Shown here: piece after piece, positions 1-13,700 of the stretch
Numbering within the stretch: the first letter of the stretch is position 1
Layout: each line of letters begins with the position of its first letter
From: Paragordius varius
Taxonomy: Eukaryota > Animalia > Nematomorpha
Length of the DNA: 64,000 nt
Assembly (NCBI GenBank): GCA_964247055.1
Contig: OZ176050.1
Coordinates: forward strand, 6,138,001-6,202,000
Direction: 5' to 3'
The notes under the pieces: model-generated
The model's input: the letters and a program-made list of their open reading frames with translations, nothing else
What the model was told of the DNA's origin: nothing
Databases searched by the model: none
Translations under genes and position numbers: made by a program

Positions 1-96
1 TGGTAAAATTCCAAAAAATTGATACATAATAATAAGAAAAGGGGAGATGACAAAAAATAAAATCATTCATAAAATTTAAATAATTTATATTTTAAC

Positions 97-3000
97 CTCG
101 TCAACTTGTCTAAGAATGGTTCCACCCTTGAAAAAAACAGGCTTCTTAGCATCCACAAAAATGTAATCAAAATAAGTTTTCCAATTTCTGCGTTGTGCGG
201 TCGGTGAATTTGTGCGACTTCCTTTTTTGTTGTCAGATTCTTCAAATTTCTTTAGTAAATTATATATTCTTGAATTTTACGCTTTTATTTAATTTTTTAT
301 TCATTATTACTATAGTTACCAAAATCAATCAACTTGTTAAAAAATAAAAATAATTCTTACGTAAACTTTGTGCTGGAGCATGAAAATATATGCAAAATAG
401 AATGATAAATAAAAGAATTTTAAAAAAATAAAATAGTTACCGTGGTAGGTACGTCAAACAAATAGGTCATAAGTTTCTAAAAATATCAAATAATAATTTT
501 TTAATCCACAATAATCGATATAATAAAATGATTTTATTGTAGGATATTAATTACCTCAGTATATTCATAACCACTGTTTGTGAGCAAAAAGACTTTAGCA
601 CCACCTTGTTTCAATCTATTTTAAAAATGAAAATTATTATGGAGAATCAAATTTGTTTTAGTGAAAACATGAGAACTCCCACAATATTTATTAAAAATTA
701 TATGAATACAGATAATAATATTTATTAAGGTAAAATTTTTTTTGTGCTAAAGTTAGCGCATAATTATTATTTTATCCCCTATAAATGGCTAAATATAAGT
801 AATGAATTTGATATATCTTGATAATACAGTATGCATTTTAATGTATGTTAAGTAATTTTATTGCCTGCCAAATAACATAAATGGTTTATCAAATGCGTAA
901 AATACTGACCCACAAAATTATTTCGTAGTACACATATGAAAGAGGATTGACGTGAGAATTAACATAGGCTTTAATTTGATGGATATTTTGTAATGTTAAA
1001 TTTTGAGAATATTAGAGCAATTTATGTTAACATTTGTAATATTGTTGTTACGTATTTAGATGCGGAATTTTGTGGGTTTTTATCTTTGATAAATTAATAA
1101 ATAGTAAAATACGTATTTTAAGATTTTTTATGTTAATTATTCCTAAATTTAATAATACATATTTTTCAACATGCTAAATACCTGTATTAATTAATATTGG
1201 TATTATAATTTTATTTAGTTGTTATTACTAATAAAAAAAACAGGTAAATATATATTTGTGAAAATTTAAGTAGATTTTAGATTTTTGTCTTTTATGTTTT
1301 GCCTTGTTAATTATTAATAATTTTTAAGTATTTCAGACATTTTAATCAGGTAAAATTGCGGTTTTTAACAAATTTAGTAACAATTTAGTTTTTTTTTAGT
1401 TTTTTATGTTTTGCATTGTTAATTGTATTAACTACTACATATTTTGGACATTTTAATAATTACAGGTAAAAATTGCGGTTACAAATTTAGAAAAAATTTT
1501 GTTTTTTTTGTTTTTTTAGGTTTTGCATTGAATTGTATTAACTACTACATATTTTGGACATTTTAATAATAACAGGTAAAAATTGCGGTTTTTAACAAAT
1601 TCAGCAAAAATTTATTTTTTGTTTTTTTAGATTTTGCATTGTTAATTGTATTAACTACTACATATTTTGGACATTTTAATAATTACAGGTAAAAAGTGCG
1701 GTTAACAAATTCAGTAAAAATTTAATTTTTTTTTTGTTTTTTTAGGTTTTGCATTGTTAATTGTATTAACTACTACATATTTTGGACATTTTAATAATAA
1801 CAGGTAAAAATTGCGGTTTTTAACAAATTCAGTAAAAATTTAGTTTTTTTTGTTTTTTTAGGTTTTGCATTGTCAATTGTAATTAACTACTACATATTTT
1901 GGACATTTTAATTAATAAAGGTAAAAAATGAGGTTGTTTTTTATATTTAGTAAAAATTTAATATTTTCTTGTTTTTTTATTTAATATTGTTAATTGTAAT
2001 TATCTACATATTTGGAAATTTTAATAAATACAGGTGAAAATGGCGGTTTTTAACAAATTTCAAATGTAACATGTTTTGTATGTTGTATCATTGTTATTTA
2101 ATTAATTACTAAATATTTTGGACATTTAAAAAACTTTTGTAAATTGCGGTTTTTATTAAATTAGTAAATTTTATTTTTTGTTCAACCTTGCTAATTTATT
2201 TATCACTATATATTTGTGATACATTGATATATACAGGTCGGTTTTTTGAATTTCTTAAAATATTTTTTTTACATTGATAACTTATATAATAAATATAGTT
2301 AACATATCTGAGTAGGTAAAAATGCATGTTACGGTTTTATGTTTGACATTTTATTTTCCAAATCAACTATTTATATTTTGACAAACACCTTATATCACCA
2401 AAGATTGAAAATAAGATCAAGATATATAAAACATCTTTTTAAGTATCTGAATATCGCCAAATATGAATAAATTTATTTAAATTATAAATGTATAATTATA
2501 CAAAATATTCATATTATGTTTGAAATTAACATTCTTCTTATTGATATTAATACAGGTAATTTGTTTATATAAATGATGTACGATGCGGTGTGCGTTCATG
2601 ATGATCATATGGATTGAAGAATAGTATAAGATGTAGATAATCCTGAATATTTTAATCACCATCATTTTTTAGGTAGATTCTATCACCTAAAATATAAGAT
2701 AATTGATATATTAGAAAATTGATACCTGGATTAAATATTGGGGGAAACATTCATAGTTTAAAAGGGAACTCAAAAGGTTGACTTGGCTTTTTAACAACTA
2801 AATTTGCAAAAAAATATTTTCTTCATGATAAAATATTCAAAAATGATACTTTATGTTTTTTTACGTTTTACCATCCTAAACTATAAATATAAAAATTATT
2901 CACCAAAGCAAACAATGTTAGTGTTGCCTGCTTTTGGAGTGCTGTTGCATTCCAAGCTTTTGAAAAAAATTATTTGTTTCTATTTTCTATTTGACGTCAT

Positions 3001-6000
3001 TGGTATGGTGAAATCATATAAGCCTTTTCATATTTATAGTTTAGGATGGTAGAACGAAAAAAAACATAAAGTATCATTTTTGAATATTTTATCATGAAGA
3101 AAATATTTTTTTGCAAATTTAGTTGTTAAAAAGCCAAGTCAACCTTTTGAGTTCCCTTTCAAACTATGAATGTTTCCCCCAATATTTAATCCAGGTATCA
3201 ATTTTCTAATATATCAATTATCTTATATTTTAGGTGATAGAATCTACCTAAAAAATGATGGTGATTAAAATTTTCAGGATTATCTGCATCTTATACTATT
3301 CTTCAATCCATATGATCATCATGAACGCACACCGCATCGTACATCATTTATATAAACAAATTACCTGTATTAATATCAATAAGAAGAATGTTAATTTCAA
3401 ACATAATATGAATATTTTGTATAATTATACATTTATAATTTAAATAAATTTATTTATATTTGGCGATATTCAGATACTTTAAAAGATGTTTTATATATCT
3501 TGTTATTTTCAATCTTTGGTGACATAAGGTGTTTGTTAAAATATAAATAGTTGATTTGGAAAATAAAATGGCAAACATAAAACCGTAGCATGCATTTTTA
3601 CCTACTATGTTAACTATATTTATTATATAAGTTATCAATGTAAAAAAAAATATTTTAAGAAATTCAAAAAACCGTAAGTCATAGTAATTTTTACCTGTAT
3701 ATATAAATGTATCACAAATATATAGTGATAAATAAATTAGCAAGGTTGATAAAAACCGCAATTTCCACCATTTTTTTAAATGTCCAAAATATTTAGTAAT
3801 TAATTAAACAATGATACAACATACAAAAAATGTTACATTTGAAATTTATTAAAAACCGCCATTTTCACCTGTATTTATTAAAATTTCCAAATATGTAGTA
3901 ATTAATTATAATTAACAATATTAAATAAAAAAACAAGAAAAAATTAAATTTTTACCAAATATAAAAACAACCTCATTTTTTACCTCTATTAATTAAAATG
4001 TTCAAAATTAATTAATTACAATTAACAATGAAAAACCTAAAAAAACAAAAAAAACTAAATTTTTACTAAATTTATTAAAAACCGCAATTTTTACCTGTAA
4101 TTATTAAAATATCCAAAATATCTAGTAGTTAATTACAATTGACAATGCAAAACCTAAAAAAACAAAAAAAACTAAATTTTTACTGAATTTGTTAAAAACC
4201 GCAATTTTTACCTGTAATTATTAAAATGTCCAAAATATGTAGTAGTTAATTACAATTGACAATGCAAAACCTAAAAAAACAAAAAAAGACTAAATTTATA
4301 CTGAATTTGTTAAAAACCGCAATTTTTACCTGTAATTATTAAAATGTCCAAAATATGTAGTAGTTAATTACAATTAACAATGTAAAACCTAAAAAAACAA
4401 AAAAAAACAAAATTTTTACTAAATTTGTTAAAAACCGCAATTTTTACCTGTAATTATTAAAATGTCCAAAATATGTAGTAGTTAATTACAATTAACAATG
4501 CAAAACCTAAAAAACTAAAAAAAACTAAATTTTTACTAAATTTGTTAAAAACCGCAATTTTACCTGATTAAAATGTCTAAAATACTTAAAAATTATTAAT
4601 AATTAACAAGGCAAAACATAAAAGACAAAAATCTAAAATCTACTTAAATTTTCACAAATATATATTTACCTGTTTTTTTATTAGTAATAACAACCAAATA
4701 AAATTTAATACCAAGATTAATTAATACAGGTATTTAGCATGTTGAAAAATATTTATTATTAAATTAAGGAATAATTAACATAAAATATCTTAAAATACGT
4801 ATTTTACTATTTATTAATTTATCAAAGAATAAAACCCACAAAATTCCGCATCTAAATACGTAACAACAATATTACAAATGTTAACATAAATTGCTATAAT
4901 ATTCCCAAAATTTAACATTACAAAATATCCATCAAATTAAAGCCTATGTTAATTCTCACGTCAATCTTCTTTCATATGTGTACTACGAAATAATTTCGTG
5001 GGTCAGTATTTTACGCTTTTGATAAACCATTTATGTTATTTGGCAGGCAATAAAATTACTTAACAGACATTAAAATGCATACTGTAATTCAGTTAAAATC
5101 AATTAACAAAATAATAAGCTAGTTTATGTTAACAAATATGATTGGATAAAAAACATATCGCATAAAAGGTTTAAAACTGAAAAAAATTAAGCACAAAATA
5201 GGTTTTTGTTAAAATATATAAAGGCAAAACATGTGAAAGCCATATATATATATATCATATTTAATAATTCGAAAAATATTAACATAGCACATTATAAGCA
5301 ATTAGATAAATTCGCTAGACTTAATAATTTAACAATTCATATAGACATTCAAAAACTAACACTAAATTAAATATATCGCATAAATAAGATAAAAGACAAG
5401 TAAATGTTAAATAATTATCTAAAACTTATAAATGATATACTAATTAGGGAAGATTAACAAGCAAAAAAGTCATTAATCTTGATTTTAAAAAGTATTTCGT
5501 TATATAAAGAGCGGCTTATTAAATATATTGCATACATTGTATATCATAACTCATTATTGTGTTCAAGGATAAATTTTATAGTTGCCAATAATGTATCTAA
5601 CATAATCAAACAAACACGAAAATGGAAAATAAAGGACATAAAATATCAAAACACTTACTATAAAAAGTAATTTTTAGAAACATAAAAAACTATAAGTAGA
5701 AGTTATATATATATATATATATATATATGACAAATGTAAGAATTATATATATGGTATACCATACCTTTCCAGAAAAATGGGTAATCTTTCATCCTTTACA
5801 ATATACTTTTCAATATGTTGCACCGTAACTGATTTAAGTGAGCCCTATACAATGGAAAATATTAGGAAATAAAATTTATATATTATAAATTATTCAAAAA
5901 TATTGTTGAATAGCGTGTCATGCATGCACTTATGGAAAAAATAGGAAAGTTAGGCATGCAAAATTAATAATTTATATGTGTGCAAAGCGAAGCGGAAATT

Positions 6001-8324
6001 GAGTAGCGCATATGCATTTATAAATTTGGCAATAGTAGTGCGACTTAAAAATTGTTAAAAATTTATTGTTCAACAGCCATATATTATTTGTAGGTTGGAT
6101 TAAAAAATATCACTTTTTTGCAGAGTTTTATTATTTTACATACAAACTTATGAAAGAAGACATGTAATCGTGGTCGACATATGTGAAAAAGTTAAATTAC
6201 TACCCCATTTTAATACATTACACACATATAAAGACACAAACATTCATTCAATGATAATAATATAGGATAGGTGAAAGTGTAGAAGGAAGCATAATTACTT
6301 TGCCAACCTATATATATAAAACAAAAGAGAAATAATTTATATTTTAAGGAAAAGTAGGAAGAGAGATTTAACCATTATCCTAACATAGATATACTATTAA
6401 TCGAATTGATAAATTTTATTAAACTCTTTAATTCACGCATTTTTGTAAAGAATAGGCATAGAAAAATATGAACAAAAGGCATGTGAGAATAATTTAAAAA
6501 TAAGTTTATAAATTATATGGGAAAATCTAGCCTTTGTCTGATTTTTAGAAAAGACATTAGGTTACGTACTTGGGCATGGATGAAATCGACCGCAGAACGA
6601 ACATCTTGAAAGAGAGACATATATGACATAAATAAATCTCCACACTTAACTCCAGTTAAATCCCTATGCATTGAAAAATAATTAGTTATTTAACACTTGG
6701 ATACAAGACATTCATTTTAGTCCATCGATTCAAATTGGGGTAGTTAAATACCCCAGGTCTGTTTAAAATTAAATTCTTTAAAAAATATGGAAGAAATCGA
6801 AACCATGGCAAAATTTTGCACTTTTATAACACAAATAAACCAAAATACAAAATATTTTATTCAAAAATACTTGATATTACTTATTTTAAGCTAAAACCGA
6901 AAGGTAAAAATTTGGTCAACGTGATGTGTGCAATATTAAAATTAAAAAATACAAAATAAACTATTTTTTCTATTTCAATCATTTTTAGATATAGTTTAAA
7001 TAAAAAATGAGCTTTATTTTTACCCTAAAAACTAAATGAAGACGATATTTTGCAAAAAAAATTTAAAATAAAAATGGCGTCGACGTAGTTTGACATGGAA
7101 CTATTTTTCATAACAAAATTTTTTTTAGATATTTTGCGATATTTATATAATTTTTATTAGGATAGAAGCATAAATTTAAATTGGGACCGTTTCATTTAGT
7201 AGTTTTTTAAAATCTTAACAGAAATTTAGTGTGGGTATTTAGATACCCCATTTTAAATCGAAGTGTTAATTAATTTATAATATATATCTATTTTAGTTTC
7301 ATAATAAACAAGAAATAAGCAAAAAAACATATACAATTAAATAAATCATTGTAAAACATAATTAAATAAGCGGTTGTACATAAAAAACAATTGTTTTCAA
7401 AATGTGTTCTCGTGTCATAAAATAAATTAATACAAGATAAAAGCACTAATATTTTTGGATAAAACATTAATCTTTTACGCTTAAAAAATTTTCATCAATT
7501 TGGGTAGGATCTAACATAATATACCCACATAAAAAATTAAAAAAAGTAAACATTCTTAAAAAAATAAATTACAAAAGGATTAATAAAAAGTATAATCTAC
7601 GTGACAATTTTTTGTATATAGTTATTAATATTCAAAAATATATATACCGAGTGTAATCAGGATGGTTTTTAAAATAATTGACTAAAGACGTGAGCAAATA
7701 GGCTTCTAAAAAATTAAAATAAAAAATATGATGTACCAGGAAGATCGAACAAAGTATTCATTACATATATACGGTTTTCATCTAAGTTCAAAAATTTATT
7801 GGGGTAAAGCTGGGAGATTTCGTGACTATAAGATATAAGTAAAAACTATTTATACGGGTTCAAAAAATCAAAGCCGGAAACGCATAACAATATATGGCCA
7901 TAGGGGTCTACTTTTAATATTGTTCCATATAATGTATCAAACCATAGTCCTCGCATTGGAAATGATGCATCATATTGAATCTCAAGAAGTTCGCTGGGAT
8001 AACCTATTTTTATTAAGCGATCAAGTGCTAATCCAAACGCTAAAGCTTCATATTCAGGTGATTTATATTCTAAACTTATTTATTTATTATACGCGCTAGC
8101 GTGTAATCCATATCAAATCCAAAAAACTTTACCTTTTCAAGTTGTAAACTGCGATTTACAAAAACACTAGATATTAAAAAAATTTGTTACCGATGACTTG
8201 TTTCTCGCTTGTTAGTTTTAGCAGCAGGAGCATTTTTCTTAATATCTGTATCATCTTGTGATCCTTTCTTATGATCTGCACCGCTCAGATTCTCCAATGA
8301 TTTTTCTAATAGAGGCTTTTCCAT
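97..8324 (-). CDS. NT5C2: Cytosolic purine 5'-nucleotidase (cN-II), 5' part; continues beyond the left edge
   Basis: GT-AG exons 8324-8191, 8166-8093, 8069-7856, 7825-7737, 7705-7648, 6663-6570, 5844-5765, 615-555, 476-441 and 249-97 join in frame. They give [34 protein letters not shown] (HAD motif I), [32 protein letters not shown] and [18 protein letters not shown]...ILRQVD. The start ATG at 8324 is inferred because the frame is closed upstream. Confidence 0.93.
1345..2140 (+). repeat. ~115-bp tandem array (7 units) in the left arm of the fold-back
   Basis: Unit CAGGTAAAAATTGCGGTTTTTAACAAATT...TTTTGGACATTTTAATAAT recurs at 1347, 1463, 1573, 1686, 1801, ~1918 and 2031. Confidence 0.85.
3770..4570 (-). 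repeat. ~117-bp tandem array (7 units) in the right arm of the fold-back
   Basis: Reverse-complement unit (AAAACCGCAATTTTTACCTG) with ACCTG anchors at 3867, ~3982, 4093, 4210, 4328, 4446 and 4562. Confidence 0.85.
6694..7265 (+). mobile_element. piggyBac-type MITE, copy 1 (NT5C2 intron)
   Basis: TTAA|CACTTGG...TCGAAGTG|TTAA; asymmetric ends, each with a GGGGTA-N6-TACCCC palindrome. Confidence 0.85.
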
Positions 8325-10337
8325 GTAGTTGTCCAAGTGTGTGCGTAAGGTCACAATATGATTTCATATGATGTCCAAAATCATATAATTGAATCAGAAA
8401 CCTTTAAGTTATTATGTATAGAAATAAGAACATTTTAATAATTATACTCTTTAACCCATTAATTATTCCTCTAAACACTTCGATTCAAAGCGGGGTATCT
8501 AAATACCCCAGACTAAATTTGAGTTAGGATTTTTAAAAAACTACTGAAGGAAACGGTCCAAATTTAAATTTATGCTTCTATCCTAATAAAAATTATATAA
8601 ATATACCAAAATATCTAAATAAAATTTTGTTTTGAACAAAAAGTTCCATGTCAAACTACTTCGACGCCATTTTTATTTTACAAAATTTTTGCAGAATATC
8701 GTCTTCATTTAATTTGGTAAATTTAAAGCTAATTTTTTATTTAAATTATATCTAACATTGATATAAATAGAAAAAGCGGTTTATTTTGTATTATTTTTCA
8801 ATTTTACCATTGCACAGTCACGTTGACTATTTTTACCTTTCTGTTTTAGCTTAAAATAAGTAATATCAAGTGTTTTTGAATAAAACTTTCTATATAATTC
8901 GGTTTATTTATGTTATATAAGTGCAAAATCTTGCCAAGGTTTTGATTCCTTGCAAATTTTTTAAAGGATTTAATTTTAAACAGACCTGGAGTATTTAACT
9001 ACCCCATGAATCGAAGGACTAAAATGAATGTTTTGTGTCCAAGTGTTAAGGGTTATAACTAGTCTCAACTATTAGTTTTGATAAGAGCTTAAATCATTAA
9101 CACTTCGATTCGAATTGGGGTATCTATATACCCCAGACTAAATTTAAATTAATATTTCTAAAAACCTACTTAAGGAAACAGTCCCAATTTAAATTTATGC
9201 TTCTATAATTATATAGAAAAGCCAAAATATCCAAATAGAATTCCTTTTGAAAAAAAAGTTTTATGTCAAACTACTTGGAAGCCACTTTTATTTTACAAAA
9301 TTTTGCAAAATATCGTGTTTATATTCTAACGTTAAAATTAAAGCTAATTTCTTTTTAAATTACATCTAACATTGATAGAAATAGAAAGAGTGGTTTATTT
9401 TGTATTATTATTCAGTTTAGCCAATGCACATATGTTACATTGATTAAATTTTTACCTTTGAGTTTTATTAAAAAATATCAAGTATTTTTGAATAAATTTT
9501 ATGTATTTCGATTTATCAATGTTATATAGGTGCATAATTTTGCCATGCTTTTGATTCCACCTATATTTTTTAAATTATTTAAATTTAAACAGGTTTGGGG
9601 TATTTAACAACCCCAATTTAAATCGAAGGACTAAAATGAATGTCTTGTATCCAAGTGTTAATCAAAGAAATATAAGGTATATACTGGTCCACTGAATTAA
9701 ATATGTCATTCAGGTTTGCCTAAAAAATTTATTCTTTTAGCATCTTAATTAATCATTTACTAATATAAGTATAAAAATAAATATTAAGGTTTATAATTTA
9801 TTATAGAAAATGTTATATAATGAAATATAACAAAAAAAGATGACATATTTTGTTTTAGCTAAAGCAGCGGCGCTCATAAAAATCGGAGGTTGCATATTTT
9901 TTATTTCTCCAGATGCTGCATATTGGTACCTTTTACATGGCCAGATAATTATTAATATTTTGTATCATTTTATTCCTATAATTTTTGGTGATAGTGAAGA
10001 TATTTAAGTTTGGTGAGGTTGGCATGATAAAATTAACTGACCTGTCACGCGTCGCTGTCACATTGTTGACCTATGATTAAGGGAGTCGGCCTAAAAATTG
10101 CAGTAAACTGAATAAATATTGATAGAATGATTAATAAGCATTTAAAAAGATGAGGTTTCACATTAACCATATTATTGTCATTAAACATATTTGCTTGAAA
10201 ATTAATTATTTTTTGTGGTTTTTTGCATCCCAGTGCAATTTCTTTGAATATTACTAAAATAAAATATTGGGTCAAATTTTCTTACCCTTTTCGACGCCTT
10301 TTTTTATCTCGCTTATACAACAGAAAAGTATATGCAT
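8269..10337 (-). CDS. Putative unannotated spliced ORF (at least 151 aa) upstream of and overlapping NT5C2
   Basis: Exons 10337-10286, 10253-10162, 10107-10049, 9929-9845, 9719-9685 and 8401-8269 are GC-richer than their flanks, bounded by GT-AG and phase-compatible (456 nt, 152 codons). The frame stays open upstream to 10469. No family recognised, and one donor (GTGACA at 10048) is weak. Confidence 0.5.
8476..9045 (-). mobile_element. piggyBac-type MITE, copy 2
   Basis: TAAA|CACTTCGATTC...TCCAAGTG|TTAA; same family as 6694-7265, opposite orientation. Confidence 0.85.
9101..9657 (-). mobile_element. piggyBac-type MITE, copy 3
   Basis: TTAA|CACTTCGATTCGAATTGGGG...TCCAAGTG|TTAA; 55 nt downstream of copy 2. 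Confidence 0.87.
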
Positions 10338-10794
10338 ATAACACTGCGCAAAATATTCGTATAGATCTTTTTTTCTGCATCGAATTGTATGGAAAAAGTA
10401 TTTATATTTATATGTATTGGATGTTTTGTAAAAATTATATGCAGCTTCCGCTTTGGGGCAAATTATCAAAAAAAAATTTCTTTTTTATAAGAATACATTA
10501 TTAAAGGGAATATATTGAGTAATATCTATGTTAATATATGATTGTTTTAATAAAAAAAATCTTTTACTAAAAAATTTTATCATTCAAATTTGATGCCAAA
10601 GGTCGATTTTTTAGCTTATTTCTTGAAAATCCTTCTGAAACCCTCCGAAAAAATTTAAAATCTTTGTTGAAAATATTTTGCGTTTATATCCTGATCCTAT
10701 ATTTACACAAATAAAACTTAGATGACACGTTTTCCACAATTGTATTGATTTTATTTGATCTATTGTCCGATGAAAAGTAGATATTTGATTTTGG

Positions 10795-13700
10795 CTAATA
10801 ACAGAAAAATTTAAATAACTTTTCTAGTATATTAACCGCATATATCAATTTGTCATTCATTCTCCTGAAGCTTTGAGCTATCGAATGATATAATTCATTA
10901 ACCTTTAATTTTTGTTTCCCATTTTTGCCGCACAGTATATTAAGATTATGTAAGCTACCTCTGAATTCATGGGAAGTAATATATGGGCCATTATCCGTCA
11001 CCATCTGTCTCGGGAACCCAAATCTTACCATATTTTTTTCTAGGCAATTCCTTTGTTGTGATGTTATTGATTTTACCAGACCCACTTCAACCAATCTAGA
11101 AGCACTATCAATGGTGACAAACCAAAAATGGCCGCCTTAGAGTCCGGTTATCTTGATGTGAATTCTCTCCCATAACGCGGAGTTAGAGTCCCGTTGGATT
11201 TTCCTTTATATTTGACTTGTTGGTTTGACACGTACACATGATTCTACAAAATTTTCTAAATCTCTTTCTCATCTTGGCTAATATACGGATTGTCTCGCTT
11301 GTTGTTTCATCGATTGCAATCCATTATGCCCAGTATTAAGAATTTCTATGCCCCGCTGCAAGTCGGCGTATTTGTAATCTATCATTCACGAATAAATGAT
11401 TAGAGTATAAAATTTCTTTCTCTACTTTAAGAATCCTTTATATGGATTACTCCAATCATTTGTCCTTATTGCTGATTTAAGTTTTGCCAAAGGATCTAAG
11501 ATTAACTCATTTTCCACTAACTCTTTACTTAGGTTAAATTTATTAGTTAAAAGTTTTACCCTGTGTGATAACTCATCATCTTCATTTCGTACATCCATGG
11601 TATCATCATTATTTGGTAATATAGATAGAGCGTCAGCTAAATTTATTAGCCCCTTATCATATTTGATTTCATAATCATATTCCGATGTTTTACCATCGAA
11701 GTAATTTACTATTATTAATATTCTCAAAATTGTATGTTCGACCAAATCGTCTTATTAGTGTTTTGTGGTCGGTTATGATTTTAAATTTTCTGTCACATAT
11801 AAATATTTAAAATTTTTCTATAGCAAACTAAATAGCGTTTGCTTCCTTCTCTATTGTTGAACAATAAGTTTCGGCGTCGGTACATTTGTGTGAGGCGTTT
11901 TATATGGGGCGCTTTCCCTAAAAATCGCTCCGAATCCTTTATTTGATGCATTTGTTTTCATTAGTATCGGCCAATTTGGGTTAGACTGTATTAAAGTGTT
12001 GTATTCATTAGTTTTTTTGCTGATTGGAACTCCTCTTCCTCCACATCAGTCCAGGCCCACGGTCTAGTTGAAACGGTGTTTCAGTGAAGGTTGGATATCG
12101 CTTGATGGAGATTTGGTATAAATCTTTTGTGAAAGTTTAGCAGTCTCTAAAATGATCTAAGTTCTGTCTTATTAGTGGGCCTTAGACACTTGATTAGAGC
12201 TTGAATTTTGTCATTGGTGGGATGAATCTTTGTAATTTCATCCCATGTAATTGACAGGTGCGGCAAGTTGTAATTTGTGTCTGCTCAGTTTCAACACTGC
12301 GGTTTCCAGTCGTTGTAATACCTTTATCAATGTTGCACCATGTTTGGTTTTAATTTTCTGATATTAATATGTCATCTAAATAAATACATATACTTGGTAT
12401 ATCACCGATCAAATTATACATCATTTGTTGAAATATATGAGGTGCACTAGCCAACTCAAATAAAAGTCGTTGGTAACAAAGGAAGCCTTGGTAGGTAATT
12501 AAAATTAATACTTGTTGTGAAGCTTGTTGCATTGGAATTTGTAGGTAAGCATGTCTTTCATGTCTTATGATGTAAAAACAGTCCTTTGAGCTGTTTTTGC
12601 GATTAATTCATCAAAAGTTGTAATCACATGAGAATCGTATTACAAATGAGGATTGATGCTGATTCGGTAATCCGCACATATCCGTATATGACCATTGCTT
12701 TTAATACATTTACTGTTAGTGTTGATCAAGATATGCGTTCCATATTTGCATCGATTTTTTTCCGGGTTCCTAGGTCCAGCAGTCTATTAAGCTCCTTTTC
12801 CACACTTTCTTGCAGGAATAGGGAAACTTTCCTGCAGGGATGTATTTTTGGGTTTACTTTTTTTTATTACAATCACCTTGATATTCTTTAAACAACCTAA
12901 CCCGTCCGAGAACAACCTATTATATTGATTAAATATCGATTTATTTGTTATATGATTAATCATCACATTTTTGTTTAAATTCAAATCAAATGCACGGATC
13001 CAAGGAGACCAAAAATTAATTGTCGGTCTCCCTTGGTTACAACACATTCAAGTTTTTTTGGAATACCATTCATTGTGACATCTAACTGTGTTTTTTGGTG
13101 GGAATCGTTTCGTTGCTATACGTCGACAATCTTGCTACGTCTAGTCGTATCTGTCCTGTTGATATCCAGCATCTCTCATTGATCTCCGTAACATCAGCAC
13201 CCGTGTTAAATAAAATTGTAATTTCTATGTCATTGAGTTAACGTTTATTGTTGGATTTATCCCAATTGAATTTGTTACGATGCGAACACCTGCTTGGTAC
13301 GACAATACTTAGTACGTCACTTGACAAAATGATTGTACTTACCACACTTGTAACAACGTTGGCCGTTGTATTACATCTGTCGATCGAATGTCGCTTGTCA
13401 CATCGCTATCTCTTTGCTGTGTAATTCTTTTTTGTTGCATCTTGTACGCCTTTGGTTCAATCAACTCGAAGGATCTTGTTATGTTTACTATTATCTGAAA
13501 TGTCATTAGTTCACCTCTATTTTGACCCATGAGAAATCGTGTATGTAATTCTCAATTCTCTTTTAACTTGGAATATTTATCCCTATTAAAAAAACATTTC
13601 TTAATAGGCATGCTATGTTGCCCTTAAAATCACAATCGTTAGCGATCACGTTTAGGCTTTCAACATGATTCATGATTGATTCGCCTTCATGTCTTGTCGT

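Larger units (their letters stand above)
827..5084. mobile_element. Giant non-autonomous fold-back (Tc1/mariner-like ends) in an NT5C2 intron
   Basis: Inverted arms about 827-2895 and 3025-5084 with a roughly 130-nt spacer. Termini are TA|CAGTATGCATTTTAATG ... CATTAAAATGCATACTG|TA, i.e. a TA target duplication with CAGT...ACTG ends. Mirror ORFs 2477..2665(-) and 3255..3443(+) are nearly identical. No transposase ORF. Confidence 0.9.

Noticed and set aside
2477-3443. Two near-identical 62-aa ORFs on opposite strands
   Set aside because: They are mirror images from the fold-back arms, with low-complexity AT-biased translation and no motifs.
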